From Ascoidea asiatica JCM 7603 (Eukaryota > Fungi > Ascomycota), in the NCBI GenBank assembly GCA_001600695.1, contig BCKQ01000002.1, forward strand, positions 1,013,184 to 1,077,183: 64,000 bases of DNA, read 5' to 3'. Numbering within the stretch: position 1 is the stretch's first letter; each line of letters opens with the position of its first letter. Under the pieces are notes generated by a model that did not search any database, had not been told where the DNA came from, and saw only the letters and a list, made by a program, of their open reading frames with translations. Both the position numbers and the translations under genes were made by a program. Positions 49,061-61,300 of this stretch are shown here, piece after piece.

Positions 49061-51090
49061 TTAATCATAACATTACCATTAATAATAATACCAACATTAA
49101 TAATCAAAAATATTCAAAAAAAAATATACCAAAATTAACTGGTCAAAAAAGAAATATAATTATAGTTTCAAAACCTGGGGAAACTATTGACCTTATTGAA
49201 GCTTTATTATTAGCTTCAAAAGTAAATATAATTAGATTTTCTGGTAATTATTTAAAAGATCCAACTAAACAAAAAAATTATAATAAAAAATTTAATCCTG
49301 ATAATCCTTATTATCCAACAAATGAATGTAATATATATTTAATTTCCTCAGATAATTCTTTTAATAATTCTGAAAGTTTATCTAAATTTATTAATAATAA
49401 TAATAATAATAATAACAATAATAATAATGATGATTATAATAATGATGATAATAATAATAATAATAATAATCAAGAAAATGATGAAGAAAATAAAGCTCCA
49501 TTTATTGATTTATTAATTGCTTTTGATATTTCTGTTGATAAAAATTCAAATTTAATTCAATCTCTTATAAATTTAAATAAATCTTATTTGAAAAATGAAA
49601 TTATTCCAATTGTTAGATTAGTACCAATAAATACAATTGAACATTCTTCTTTACATTTTAGAAATCAATTTTTAATTAATAAAAAAGAATTTAATAGAGA
49701 TAATAATTATTTAATGAAAGTAACTTCTGCAATTGTTTGTCTTAGAGGTAAAGTTGGAATTTTACCTCCGGATTTAAAACCAATTTATTCTCATAATTTA
49801 ACTTATTTATCTGATTGGTTATTAAATCATTCAAAATTTCAATTAAAATTGAAAAAAAAATTTATTAATTCAAATTCAAATTTAAATTCAAATGGAAATT
49901 TAAATTCAAATTCAGTATCTTCAAGAAAAGATAAAAAAAATAAAAAAGATAAAAAAAATAAATCTAAATCCAAAGATAAAGAGAAAGATAAAGACAAAGG
50001 TAATGATAAACATATAAATATAAATATAAATCAAGTACAAGAAAAACAAAAACAAAATCAGTTGGTTAAAAAAGAAACTTATAATCCAATTTATTGGCCA
50101 TTACCAAAAATGAATTCAATTCCTGAATATAATTCAATTGATGTTGAAAAATCTTTATTAACTGAAGTTAAATATACTTTAGATGATGATTATTCTGATC
50201 TTGATGATGTTATTTCAACAAATAATAATTCTAAAAATAATTATTTAAATAATTCAAATAATTTAAATTCAAATTATTTTTATTTTTATAGTACAAAAAG
50301 ATTAAAAAATAATTATTTATCAAATCCTTTAAATCAAAATTTATCAAAATTAACTGGTATAAACTCTATTAATAATAATTTAAATTTTTCAAAAAATTTA
50401 ACTCATAAATTATTAAATAATTTAAATAATTTAAATTGGTTTTATAATAATATAATTTTAAACTTTAATAAACTTGAAATTTCAAATTTTAAAATTTTTA
50501 GAATTAACGATAATTTATTATCTGAAAAAGAATATAAAAAAATTTCAAATTCAAATAATCAAACTATTGAAACAATTGATTCAAATAAATCAAAATATAA
50601 TGAAATTGATATTAGAAATAGTGGTTTGGTAATTAAAACTGATAATTTAATTAATAATTTTGATAATTTATCAAAAAATTTTAATGAATTAAGCTTAAAT
50701 GATAAAAGAAAAAAATGGTTTGAAATTCAAGAAAATTTTATTAAAATATCAAATGAATTTAATTCTAAATTAATTAAAAAAAAATCATTAATTTCTGAAA
50801 ATGATTATTTATCAAAAGAATTGAAAATTGCAGAAAATTCATATAATGAATCAACTGATTCAATTGAAAAAGAAACGAATAAAAATGAAATTTTAAATAA
50901 TCAAATAAATGAATTTATTGAAAAATTTAACTATGATAATAGTAATGAATCTCTAAATAAATCAGGAAAATATAATGAAATACATAAATTAAAATCAGAA
51001 ATCAGAAATCTAGAAGATAAGATAAATAATTTGATTATGAAAAAAGAAGAACAAAATAATAGATATGGTAGAAATTCAAGAAGAAGATAG
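48334..51090 (+). CDS. HDA3: HDA1 histone deacetylase complex subunit 3
   Basis: MDL.KILD, DYWLPT.M..FQKELTDQIVSLHYSDILKYFET, HPYL...HYMPK, AETSGKF; C-terminal coiled coil; many Asn runs. Confidence 0.9.
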
Positions 51091-52391
51091 TAAAATTAAA
51101 TTTTTCAAAGATCATTTGATTGAATACCTCATAAATGAATTTATAATTTGTGTGTGATATACTAAAATATGTTATGAAAGTTTATAATCAAAATTGAAAT
51201 CGCTTGAAATTATACAAAGTATCAAATATTAAGATTAAAATAATCATTAAACTCAAACTTTTCTTTTTTTCTGCTATAATTGTGAAAATTAAAACTAGCT
51301 TTGTGATATATGTTATTTTTTTGGATTGTGAGTAGTAAAACTTTGTTTTGCAAAAATAAAGATAATGCTTATTTGAAATGACGATTTTTACCCTCTTTAA
51401 TTTCTTTTTTGCTATTTGTTCAAAGGCTAAATATGTTTGATAATTGGTTCATGTTTTAACTGCTTGTAATCGATTAACGGTTTATAATGAAGCTTTATAA
51501 TATGCTACTATATTATACTCATTATATGATAATATAATGATTTCCTTTAAAAAGTCATGAAACTTTGGAGGCTAAACTTGATATCCTTTCAATCTGAAAT
51601 ACGTTCAATATTTCTCTCATTTTCTTTCAAGAAAGTAAGAAAATAAAAAACAAGTAAAACACTCACTCTTCAACAATTAATTCCGCATAAATCGAATAAA
51701 TAATTTTACTTTACGATAATTTGTAGAAATCTATTTTAAATAATTTTTAGATTAAGTGGACTTAAAATTTAGTTCGGATTTAAATTCAATAATTAGTGAT
51801 TTATTCATTCATTTGCTATAATACTTATTTTTTTATCTCATATTATTTCGTGGATTGTGGAAATAAACCTTTAGTCTTTATGATGAATTCAAGCATAAAA
51901 ATGCTCGAGTTAAAATTGGGTTTAGTTTAAAGAAATTAATTGAATAAAATAATCTTACAGTAGTAAAAACAAATTTCTTAAATGCGAAGTATTTATGAGT
52001 GTGGTTCCCAAGAAGTGGTACAATATTTCACTTGCTTCAAGTTGCTATTAATTACCAACTATTATTTATGGCTTTTAAAAAGAATTTCCGAAAAAGATAT
52101 AATTTTTATACTTTAACAATAAATTGAGAAAAGTCTGTTTAAAAATTTCAACGAAAACCACATTCTCAGTTCTCGTTTTCGTCATCAAGCTTTCAGTTCT
52201 CTTAAAAGATTCAAGAATTTTTAAATGCTTGCCCCATGAAAAAAGAAATGACTCTACGTAAGAAAATCCCTATTTCACCTCAATTCTGAGGCTACCAAAA
52301 GCCCATTATTATTATATTATATTTCATTGCCAATTGCCATAATAACTAGTAAAACCACTATAATTGCTATACCTGCCGTGGATTTGAGTAG

Positions 52392-52533
52392 TGATGTGGT
52401 CCTGTAATTGCCCGATTGGGCCCTCAACGACGTTTCCCAGAAGCTTGGCGCCGGCTGTTAGCGTGGGCAACGCAGGGTTCTGCATTTTGTGGAGTTTTGG
52501 TGCCGCTGTGTACCCGAGTGAGAGGATGAAACA
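52392..52533 (+). promoter_or_regulatory. GC-rich upstream island of SST2 with TGATGT / TGTAA / Mcm1-like composite and a Ste12 PRE
   Basis: TGATGT 52392, TGTAA 52403, CC-CGATTG-GG 52411-52420, TGAAACA 52527 (second TGAAACA at 52926). Confidence 0.45.
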
Positions 52534-53546
52534 TCGAAAAGATTTCAAACTGTACACAAAAACAGACAAAAATAACAAAAATAAATAAACCTTATTTGAT
52601 TAAGGTCAAAATTGTGAATTCAGAGCTTTTTTAACTTTTTTTTAACTATTTTTTAGCTCTTTTTTAACAGGTTTTTAACTATTTTTTATCAAGTTTTAGC
52701 AACTTTTCGATCAACTTTTTCATCAACTTTCTCAAAAATTTGAATTTTGTAATTAGCCCTGAAATCAATTATTACATTTATTTTAAGACACAAATTTCTT
52801 AGTATTTTTGTTTTACCCGATGAATTTCCATCATTAATTTAGTCTAAATTAGTTTTAGTTTTTCCATCCTGGTTTATACTGTATAATCTCATGGAAAAAT
52901 AGAAACTTTATCATAAAGAATATTGTGAAACACTAATGACTATCCATTACCATCTTATCTTCTTTTAAGTTTGTTTTTTTACCTTCTTGTTTTTAATTCT
53001 TCACATTCAAAATATTCATCAAGCAACCATAAACAGTTCTTTTTAAAAAAATATTTTCAACCACTTTTCACTACATACCCAAAACAGACTTCTTTCTCTT
53101 TTAATGATTCAAACAAGTTTTATACTTGCCTCATGAATCTGTTTTAATTTGGTTCAAAGGTTTTAATGTTTAGTGGTTAAGTAAACACATTCCTTAATAT
53201 ATTTTATAACTTAACTTGCTTTCATGAAAAAATTATTCAATTCATTCATTAGTATATAAGACTTTTATACTATCTCCTCATAATTTTATTTTATCTTATT
53301 ACTTTTCATTAATAACCTTTAACTTGATTTAAATATAACTAAGCCCTTTTATTCGTTTGATTCAATTCAAATTCATTTATTTACTCAATATATTCAGATA
53401 AAAGAAAATTTACTTACTATACTGTATATTTAAATCAAAGAAATAAAACAAAACTGAAATCAAAATATTTATATATAGAGTATATTATCATATAATTTTA
53501 TAATCAAATCAGTTTTTCAAATTATTTAAACTTCAACAAATTCAAA

Positions 53547-55964
53547 ATGGAAAATAAACCAAATACAATTAAAATGGAATCAAAAACTTTACATGAAACT
53601 ATATCTAATAGAATACATAAGACTTCTTCAGGTAGAATTTTTGCCCAAGATTTAAAAAATATATTTTCAATGCTAATAATATGTTTAGATTTAACTGAAG
53701 ATAAACCAATAACAAAACAAAAAAAATTTACTTTAAAATCTTTAACATCTAAGCATTATCCATATTCTTTTCTTTTAAACACTGCTGTAGAAAAAATGTC
53801 AAACTTATCTTTAAATGTTACTCATTCAAATACAAGTACTTCTATATCTTATCAAATGAAAGCAGATTTAGCTACAAGTTTAATCAAAGATTTCTTTCAA
53901 GCAAAATTTCTCCATACTCCTGCTGATAGAACTCGTTCAGAACCAAAGGATACTGTAGCTTTACAACCAACTCCAAAAGGTGTTGCAATCGTTTCAAATT
54001 TTTGTCGTCAACATGGTATTAAAGGTGATAATATGCCAATAATTTTAAAATCTAGTTTTAATTCAATGAGTTTAACTTATTTTGATAGAAGTTCTCAAGA
54101 GGATAAAATTATTTATTCTGATTATTTAATACATTTTGTTTTTGCAAAAATTATGGGTAATTCTCCAAATATTTGGAGCCCATTAAATGATTCTGATCCA
54201 ATTCCTGATTATATTTCAAAACAAATTTTAGAAGATGAAGAATTATCTGGTTTTAATAATTTATTAGATTTTGTTGGTTCAACATCTGATGGAAATAGTA
54301 ATGAAGAAGCAATGACTTTTGATGATATTTTTAAAACTCAAACTCAAGCTCCAAAAACAAGTATTGATATTAAACCAAAATCTCATAAATTAATTCCAAT
54401 GGCTCAATATTTCAATAATTCAAATTCAGCTCAAGTTAAAATATCTCCATTTGCTCATAAATATTTCACAAATCCAGAATCTGATTCTCATACTCAATAT
54501 TATGTTTCTGAAACTGGTGTAAGAGTTGCTCAAAATCGTTGTTTCTCAAGTGATCCTAATCAACCTGATTTAAATGATATAAAAATATCATATTGTTTTA
54601 TTGGAAAAGCAATTTGGCAATGGTTAATGGATTGTACTGATTTAACAACAAAAGATCAAGCTGGTGATATTGCAAATTTATTTGTTAAATTTAATCTTGT
54701 TAAACCAATTGAATATTATCCTTCAACTGCTCCAAAATTAGGCTTTCAATTATCGAAAACTGCTTATTATACTCCAACTGAAGAAGGCTGGAAAATTATA
54801 AGATGGAATGAATCTTTAAATTCAGAAGGTAAAAATACAATAAAAGAAAGAAAAGAATTAGGAAAAAGATTACGCAATTTATCTAAAACTCCTTCAGTAT
54901 TGGCTTCAAATGGTGATGAAGCAAATACTTTAACTTTACCAAAACCTGCTTTTAACTATGATAATACTTCTTTGAAGAAACTTTTAAAAGATCCTGGTTT
55001 AAAATACCTTTTTAGAAAACATCTTGAAAATGAACTATGTGTTGAAAATCTTGATGTATATAATGAAATTTCAAAATTTAATTCTCAAATGGCTAAATTA
55101 AAAAAATATCTTAAACAAAAAGAAGATGAGAAACTGCTATATCTAAATAATCCTTCTCCTATTAATGATGAATATTCAATGCTTCCAGATGTCACTTCTA
55201 AATTCACATCAACCTCAAGAACCAGACAAAAACATGGTAAAAAACTGAGTTTCCAAAAAAGAAATAAAATGATAATCAGTTTAACAAATGAATGTATGAC
55301 TGCTGCTTATAATATATATGGAACATATTTAGCTATTGGTGCACCATATGAACTAAATATAAATCATGGAACAAAACAAGATATCAATGGAGTTATGATG
55401 CATCCAGATTCTCCTGTAAATTATACTTCATCTCCTGTATTTGCAAAAGAATTTCAATTGAGTTCTTCCCCAAGTGATACTCTGATAAACCAACTTCAAG
55501 TTAACTTACTTACAGAAAATGAGTTTACTAGACCAGAAGAAGAAGTTGCTAATTCTGTTCCACATAAACTCAACCAAATACCAAATTACGAAGAAGATTC
55601 AACAAAAACTAAACATAAAAAATCATTATCTTTGAATATAGATGTTGCCAAAAGTAATCATCATAGAAATGTCAAACTGGAAGCATGTAGTGTTTCTTCA
55701 GATTCTGACTCTGGTTCAGAGTCTACTTTATCAAGTTCTTCCCAAGCAGAGAAGTTTTATAAAGTAGAAACCACCTTAATTGAAAGGGAAATTCCATTAA
55801 CACCAACTGAAGAAACAGTTAAAGGAAGTTTATTTGTCCTTAATAATATATTTCCATTGTTTAATAAAGTTGCTGAACATATGTACAGACTTATGGAAAT
55901 TGATTCTCTTCCTAAATTCTTTAAGTCAGATGTTTACATAGAATCCAAATATATGATAAAATAG
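53547..55964 (+). CDS. SST2: RGS protein of the pheromone pathway (DEP-DEP-RGS)
   Basis: HTPADRTR..P....LQPTPKG, F.NPESDSH.QYYVS, QWLMDCTD, DPGLKYLFRKHLE.ELCVENL, LME.DSLPKF. Confidence 0.95.
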   Translation: MENKPNTIKMESKTLHETISNRIHKTSSGRIFAQDLKNIFSMLIICLDLTEDKPITKQKKFTLKSLTSKHYPYSFLLNTAVEKMSNLSLNVTHSNTSTSISYQMKADLATSLIKDFFQAKFLHTPADRTRSEPKDTVALQPTPKGVAIVSNFCRQHGIKGDNMPIILKSSFNSMSLTYFDRSSQEDKIIYSDYLIHFVFAKIMGNSPNIWSPLNDSDPIPDYISKQILEDEELSGFNNLLDFVGSTSDGNSNEEAMTFDDIFKTQTQAPKTSIDIKPKSHKLIPMAQYFNNSNSAQVKISPFAHKYFTNPESDSHTQYYVSETGVRVAQNRCFSSDPNQPDLNDIKISYCFIGKAIWQWLMDCTDLTTKDQAGDIANLFVKFNLVKPIEYYPSTAPKLGFQLSKTAYYTPTEEGWKIIRWNESLNSEGKNTIKERKELGKRLRNLSKTPSVLASNGDEANTLTLPKPAFNYDNTSLKKLLKDPGLKYLFRKHLENELCVENLDVYNEISKFNSQMAKLKKYLKQKEDEKLLYLNNPSPINDEYSMLPDVTSKFTSTSRTRQKHGKKLSFQKRNKMIISLTNECMTAAYNIYGTYLAIGAPYELNINHGTKQDINGVMMHPDSPVNYTSSPVFAKEFQLSSSPSDTLINQLQVNLLTENEFTRPEEEVANSVPHKLNQIPNYEEDSTKTKHKKSLSLNIDVAKSNHHRNVKLEACSVSSDSDSGSESTLSSSSQAEKFYKVETTLIEREIPLTPTEETVKGSLFVLNNIFPLFNKVAEHMYRLMEIDSLPKFFKSDVYIESKYMIK

Positions 55965-56246
55965 ATTTTTCTCAATTTTCAAAACTTTTTTTTTTTGTTT
56001 TCCTTCAATTTTTTAGTTATTTTGGTTTATTTCAATTTCAGTTCAACTTTATTATACTTAATACTAGATATTATTTTACTTTCTTTAATGCATATTTTTA
56101 TTGCTTTTATTTCAAGAAATTTTCGACAATCATAATTGTAATCTTAAAAGAAAATAAAGTAAAAAAGTTATTTTACAAAAAGAAATGATTAATTTTTTTT
56201 AAATAACATTTATTTATTCCGATATTATATATGAAGAAAAAGGAAT

Positions 56247-56856
56247 TTATTGAGATGGCTGAAGAGTAGTACCCCTTTTAATTGTAGCCCAACCAATCAA
56301 TCTCCAATGTTTATCAATTTTTCTCGAAAGTGCAATTTTTTCATCAATTTCTGTACATGCAGGTTTTGTTAAATGTAATCTTGCCATATCTGCTTTTACT
56401 GCTACTACAGTTGCACCAATTGTATTTGAACCGATATTTACCATAATAATTTCTTTTGGTTCAAGTTTCTTAACTTTTGTTTTTTTAGTTCCATCTGCTT
56501 TGACACCTAATAATCTTCTTAAAAGGAAATAATTCACTTCAACTTCAATAAAAACATCTGGTAAATGACCTCTTGCACCTACAACTTGACCAATTAAACG
56601 ATCAGCTCTACATAATGCAGGATCAATTCTGGTACCTACACCAATTAAACCACCAGGAACTGCAAATTTCAAAGAATTTTCTTCTGTATTTAATGAAACA
56701 ATATTAGAAAAAATAGTACGACATTTGATAACACCAGTTTCTGAATCTCTTGTAACTAAACCAGGTCTAACTTCAATTTCATCACCTAATTTAAATACAC
56801 CACTAGTTATAGAACCACCGGCAACACCACCTTTTAAGTCTTCAATTTCAGTACCT

Positions 56857-56888
<32 letters not shown>

Positions 56889-57839
56889 AAGACGTGGAGA
56901 AGCATTAAAATCTCTAATAGGAACAGGGATTGTTTTTACAATAAATTCAAGAACAGCATCGATATTATATTTTAATTGAGCAGAAATTGGAACAATTGGA
57001 GCTCCATCTGCTACAGTTCCTTTAATAAATTTTAAGATTGATTTCTGATGTTCTAAAGCAGATTCTTCTTTCATTAAATCAACTTTATTCTGTAAGATTA
57101 TAATATGTTTAAGTTTCATAATTTCAATAGCAGCTAAATGTTCAGAAGTTTGAGGTTGTGGACAAGGTTCATTACCAGCAATAAGTAATAATGCTGCATC
57201 CATAACTGCAGCACCAGACAACATAGTACTCATTAAAATATCATGCCCAGGACAATCGACAAATGAAACATGACGAACTAAATTATAACGACCATTTCCA
57301 TTTTCAACTTTTGGATGAATTTCTCTATTTGAACTAAATGATCTATAACAATCAGGTTCTGGAATTGATGGATCTTCAGCTTTATAAATTTTTGCATTGG
57401 CATAACCAAGTTTAATAGTAATATTTCTTTCAAGTTCATTTTTAAAACGAACGGTATTTTTCGATGATATTGCTTTTACAACAGTACTCTTACCATGTGC
57501 TACATGACCAATGGTACCAATATTAATAGTTGCTTGTCTGTTGATAATAACATCAGAAGATGCAGTTAATTTAGAAATATCAATTTCATCAGGTTGTTCA
57601 GGTAATCCTCCACCTTCTTCAAATTCACGTCTTTTTTTTTCTTCAAGATCTTCTTGATCGTCTATTGCAAAACTTACCGATTTTGCTGAAGATTTGGATA
57701 AAGATTCATCAGTTATTTTACTTGGTTCAGAAATTTGTGTTTGTTCATCTTCAGATTCATCTTCATAAGGTTGAATTGTTTCTGGAATATTTCCATTTAT
57801 AACAATATCTGGTGTTGCATTTTGTAAGTCTTCTGCCAT
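56247..57839 (-). CDS. GCD11: eIF2 gamma subunit
   Basis: [46 protein letters not shown]. Confidence 0.96.
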
Positions 57840-58342
57840 ACTGATTATGATTAATTTTCACACCTATTTTATATTATACAGTTAGAAGTATTATGAAGTA
57901 TATATAACCTTCTTTGAATATCTATTTTGAAAGTATCACAAGGTCTATTACTTTGACTTATTGGTTCCTTAAAACTAATCTGGTTGATACGTTGGCAAAA
58001 ATATCTTAATTATCCTATTTTAATTCACAACTTTCATTAATCTTCAGTTGTGATTTTTCAATCCCATAAAAATTTTTCGTTGTGAGTGATGCTTACGTAA
58101 TCCTCACGGCTGGTACGTAGTAATAGCAAAATGGACTTTTATCACAACAGCGTAAAAAGCTGAAAAAGTGAATCAAAATAAAGGTTTATGAGGTTTTACT
58201 TAAAGTTGCAAAGTTATTGTTTTATTTATGCTGTTAAGATATGTTGGATATAATGTTCAAAGTTCATTAAAAGAAGAGAATCTTATATCGAGAATTAGAT
58301 ATATAAAATAAATACAAAAGGTTCATTATATTAAAAGCGGGC

Positions 58343-61300
58343 TTAAGTTTTCCTGAAATTATGATTGCTTCCATTAAAATTTTGTGAAGACGTATTAGTT
58401 GTATCACCATTTTGTTGATTTGAAGTATTGAAATTATTAAGTGGTGCATTATTAAAATTAGAATTTACTTGGTGTGGATTCTGGTAATTTGATACAGAAT
58501 CAATTTGTGAATTATTGAAATTGGAAAATTGAATCGGCTGCTGTTTTTGCTGAGGTCTAAACAAAGAATCCGGTCTAATTTGCTGCTCCCTATTATTTTG
58601 ATTAATATTATTTTGGTCCATACTATTTACAGTATTCTGAAATTGATTGTTATTATTGCTTATTGGAAAATGGTCGTCTGGATTGATTCCAAAGTTTTCC
58701 ATTACAGAACTAACATCATTCACAAATGAATTTAGATCTCCATTCCAGATATCTATGTTATCCCATCCTTCTAAAGGTAAATTATTTCCGACAGGTGATT
58801 CATTTAAATAAAACAAATCTCCTAAATTATCGTTCTTAGGTTCGTTTATTTCATTTCTGGCGCTGTTTATATTGTTATTATGATTAAAAGGTATACTACT
58901 TTGATTATTTATAAAATCAGGTGTATTGTTTAAAACCACTGAATTTTGCCAATGAATATCATTTTTAACACTTTTGAGATGCAGATTTCCGGAAGACTTT
59001 TGGATCTTTGGTTCAGACGTAGGATTTTGAAGTGGTTCAATAATCTTTTTAGACAATTCAATATCTGCTAAGTCTTCTGGTCCTTGCTTCTTAGAAGTTG
59101 AATTTTTTCTATAATTTTTTCTAGGCTTCTTTGAGGTTTTAAGGTTATCCTTACTTTTATTTTCGGATTTCCTTCTTACTCGTTTTTTGGTATCACTTTT
59201 TATCAAAAACATTTTGTCATTATTGGCTAATGGTTCTTTATTAATATTGATGTTGCTATCCTTTGACTTCAGATTTTTTTTTGCAGTATTATTTATACCT
59301 TTATTATCTGGTAACAATTTTTCTTTCGAATTATCTCTAACTGCACTAACAGGAGGCGAAATTAAATTACTTGAATGCAAAAATGAATTTCTTCTATGAG
59401 AAAGAGCATGATGTCCCTGGTAAAGTCCAGTTTTTGAACCATTATTCGAGTTTCCAATATTTGGTGTTAAAGGAGAAGAATGATCTGAAGAAGATACAGC
59501 AGGGGCTTTAATTGGATCTGGATCTAAAGGAATAGTTTTTATTATTTTTCTTGCAGAAGATTCTGGACACAGTGGATCTAACAATGATCTTGATTTATTA
59601 GATTTTTTTGAATGTGAACCTGATCCTTGTGAATTTGGAGTTCCTGTATTATTATTTTCAATTCCAGTGGATCTTGATGGTTGTTTTATTTTTTCATCCA
59701 AAGAAGATGAATCATCATCATATGAAGAAGAAGAATCTTCTTCGTCATTTTCTTGAAGTGTATCTTGGTATCCATCACTTCTTTCTATATGATCAGCTAA
59801 TCCTTCTATATCAGAATCATCATTAATGTGAGATGGTTTCTCGGCATTCGATTCTTTAGGTAAATAATTAATCATCCCTACTTGTTCTCTTAATGTCCAA
59901 AGACAATCGAAAAATACACTAGCTGCCATTCTAGTTTTAATTGTAACATTCATCTGAAGTTTATTTTTTTCATATAAAGTATCGAATAATTGCCATAAAC
60001 TTTTCATTATTCCTGCAAATCTATACGCTATATCATATTTAACAATTGAAGATTTTAAAGTTAAATATATTACAACTTGATACATAGATTTTCCAAGATT
60101 AATATCTATATATTTTGACATTGGAGAGTGAATAATTTTACAAAGTATAAATGCTGATTGCCATATTTCAATTAAATAAATATTTGGCAAATATTTCATA
60201 AACATTTTATTATTAGTTTGTGCAGTTTTACAATGATTTATTAAAAATAATGTTGCATTGTAAAGTTTAATTAAACCTCTTTTAAAATGAAGAGAATATA
60301 AAGAAGTATATGAACCATTATAATTTGTTAAATCTGTTGCAGATTCAGATAAATCTTGAATAGAAGAATCATTTAATAAATCATCTAATTTAAGTGAATT
60401 TGAAGAATCAAGAAAATAATATGTTAAAAGATGAACTTTTGCAGAAAGTAATGAAAATTTTCTTATATCATCTAATTTTTTACCTTCAGAAGTTAATTTA
60501 AGTTCTATATCATTTAATTGTTTTAATAAAATTTGAATTAAAGGTAATTTTTCATTAATACTAATTAAACCTAAAGGATCAATAATATTTGAATTTAAAG
60601 TTGTTGCAACAGAATTTTCAAAATACGAAATTTGTAACATTTGACTTAATTCTTCTGGAAAATCATTTAGACTAAGTAATTTTTTATCATTTAAAAGTCT
60701 TGAATCAAATTGAACAAAAGAAGGATAACCAAAAGCAGTTGCAATAGTTTGAGATACAACATTACATGAAGTCCAAGTTTTTACTTGTTCACTTAATAAA
60801 TTTAATTGTTTTGAATCAGAAGAAGCATTTGAAAAATCTATCGTATGACCAGGAGAATGTAAACCAATTCTAATAGCCTGAAATAAAGCTATTCCAATTG
60901 TATTCCAAGAAGAATCTGCACTTAATGAAGAAGTTAATGGTGGCCAAAAAGTATATATTAAAAAAGCTTGTACAGAATAAACAGAAGAAGCATTTAAAAC
61001 AGGTTCATCTAATTCAGAAGGAGAATATCTTGTTATTGGACTTATAGTTAAATCTGCTAAAATTTTTTTTAATAATGGAGTTAATTTTAATAATAATTTT
61101 CTTGAATCTGAAGACATTCTTCTCATTGCAATTGACATGATGACCCAAAATAAAGCAGGACAAAGTCTATATAATTTTTCAGGACCTTTTAAAATATCAA
61201 CAATTGGTAAAATTGGATAATAATTTGAAGTAAATTCTTTATAAAATTGAGAAATTTGAATTGAATTTAAATCAATACCATCTAAAGATTTTGGATCACA

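Noticed and set aside
1363-55964. MFA, MCM1 and SST2 as a mating-type locus or mating gene cluster
   Set aside because: No MATa1/a2/alpha1/alpha2, SLA2 or receptor gene; the three are separated by many housekeeping genes, so co-location is probably chance
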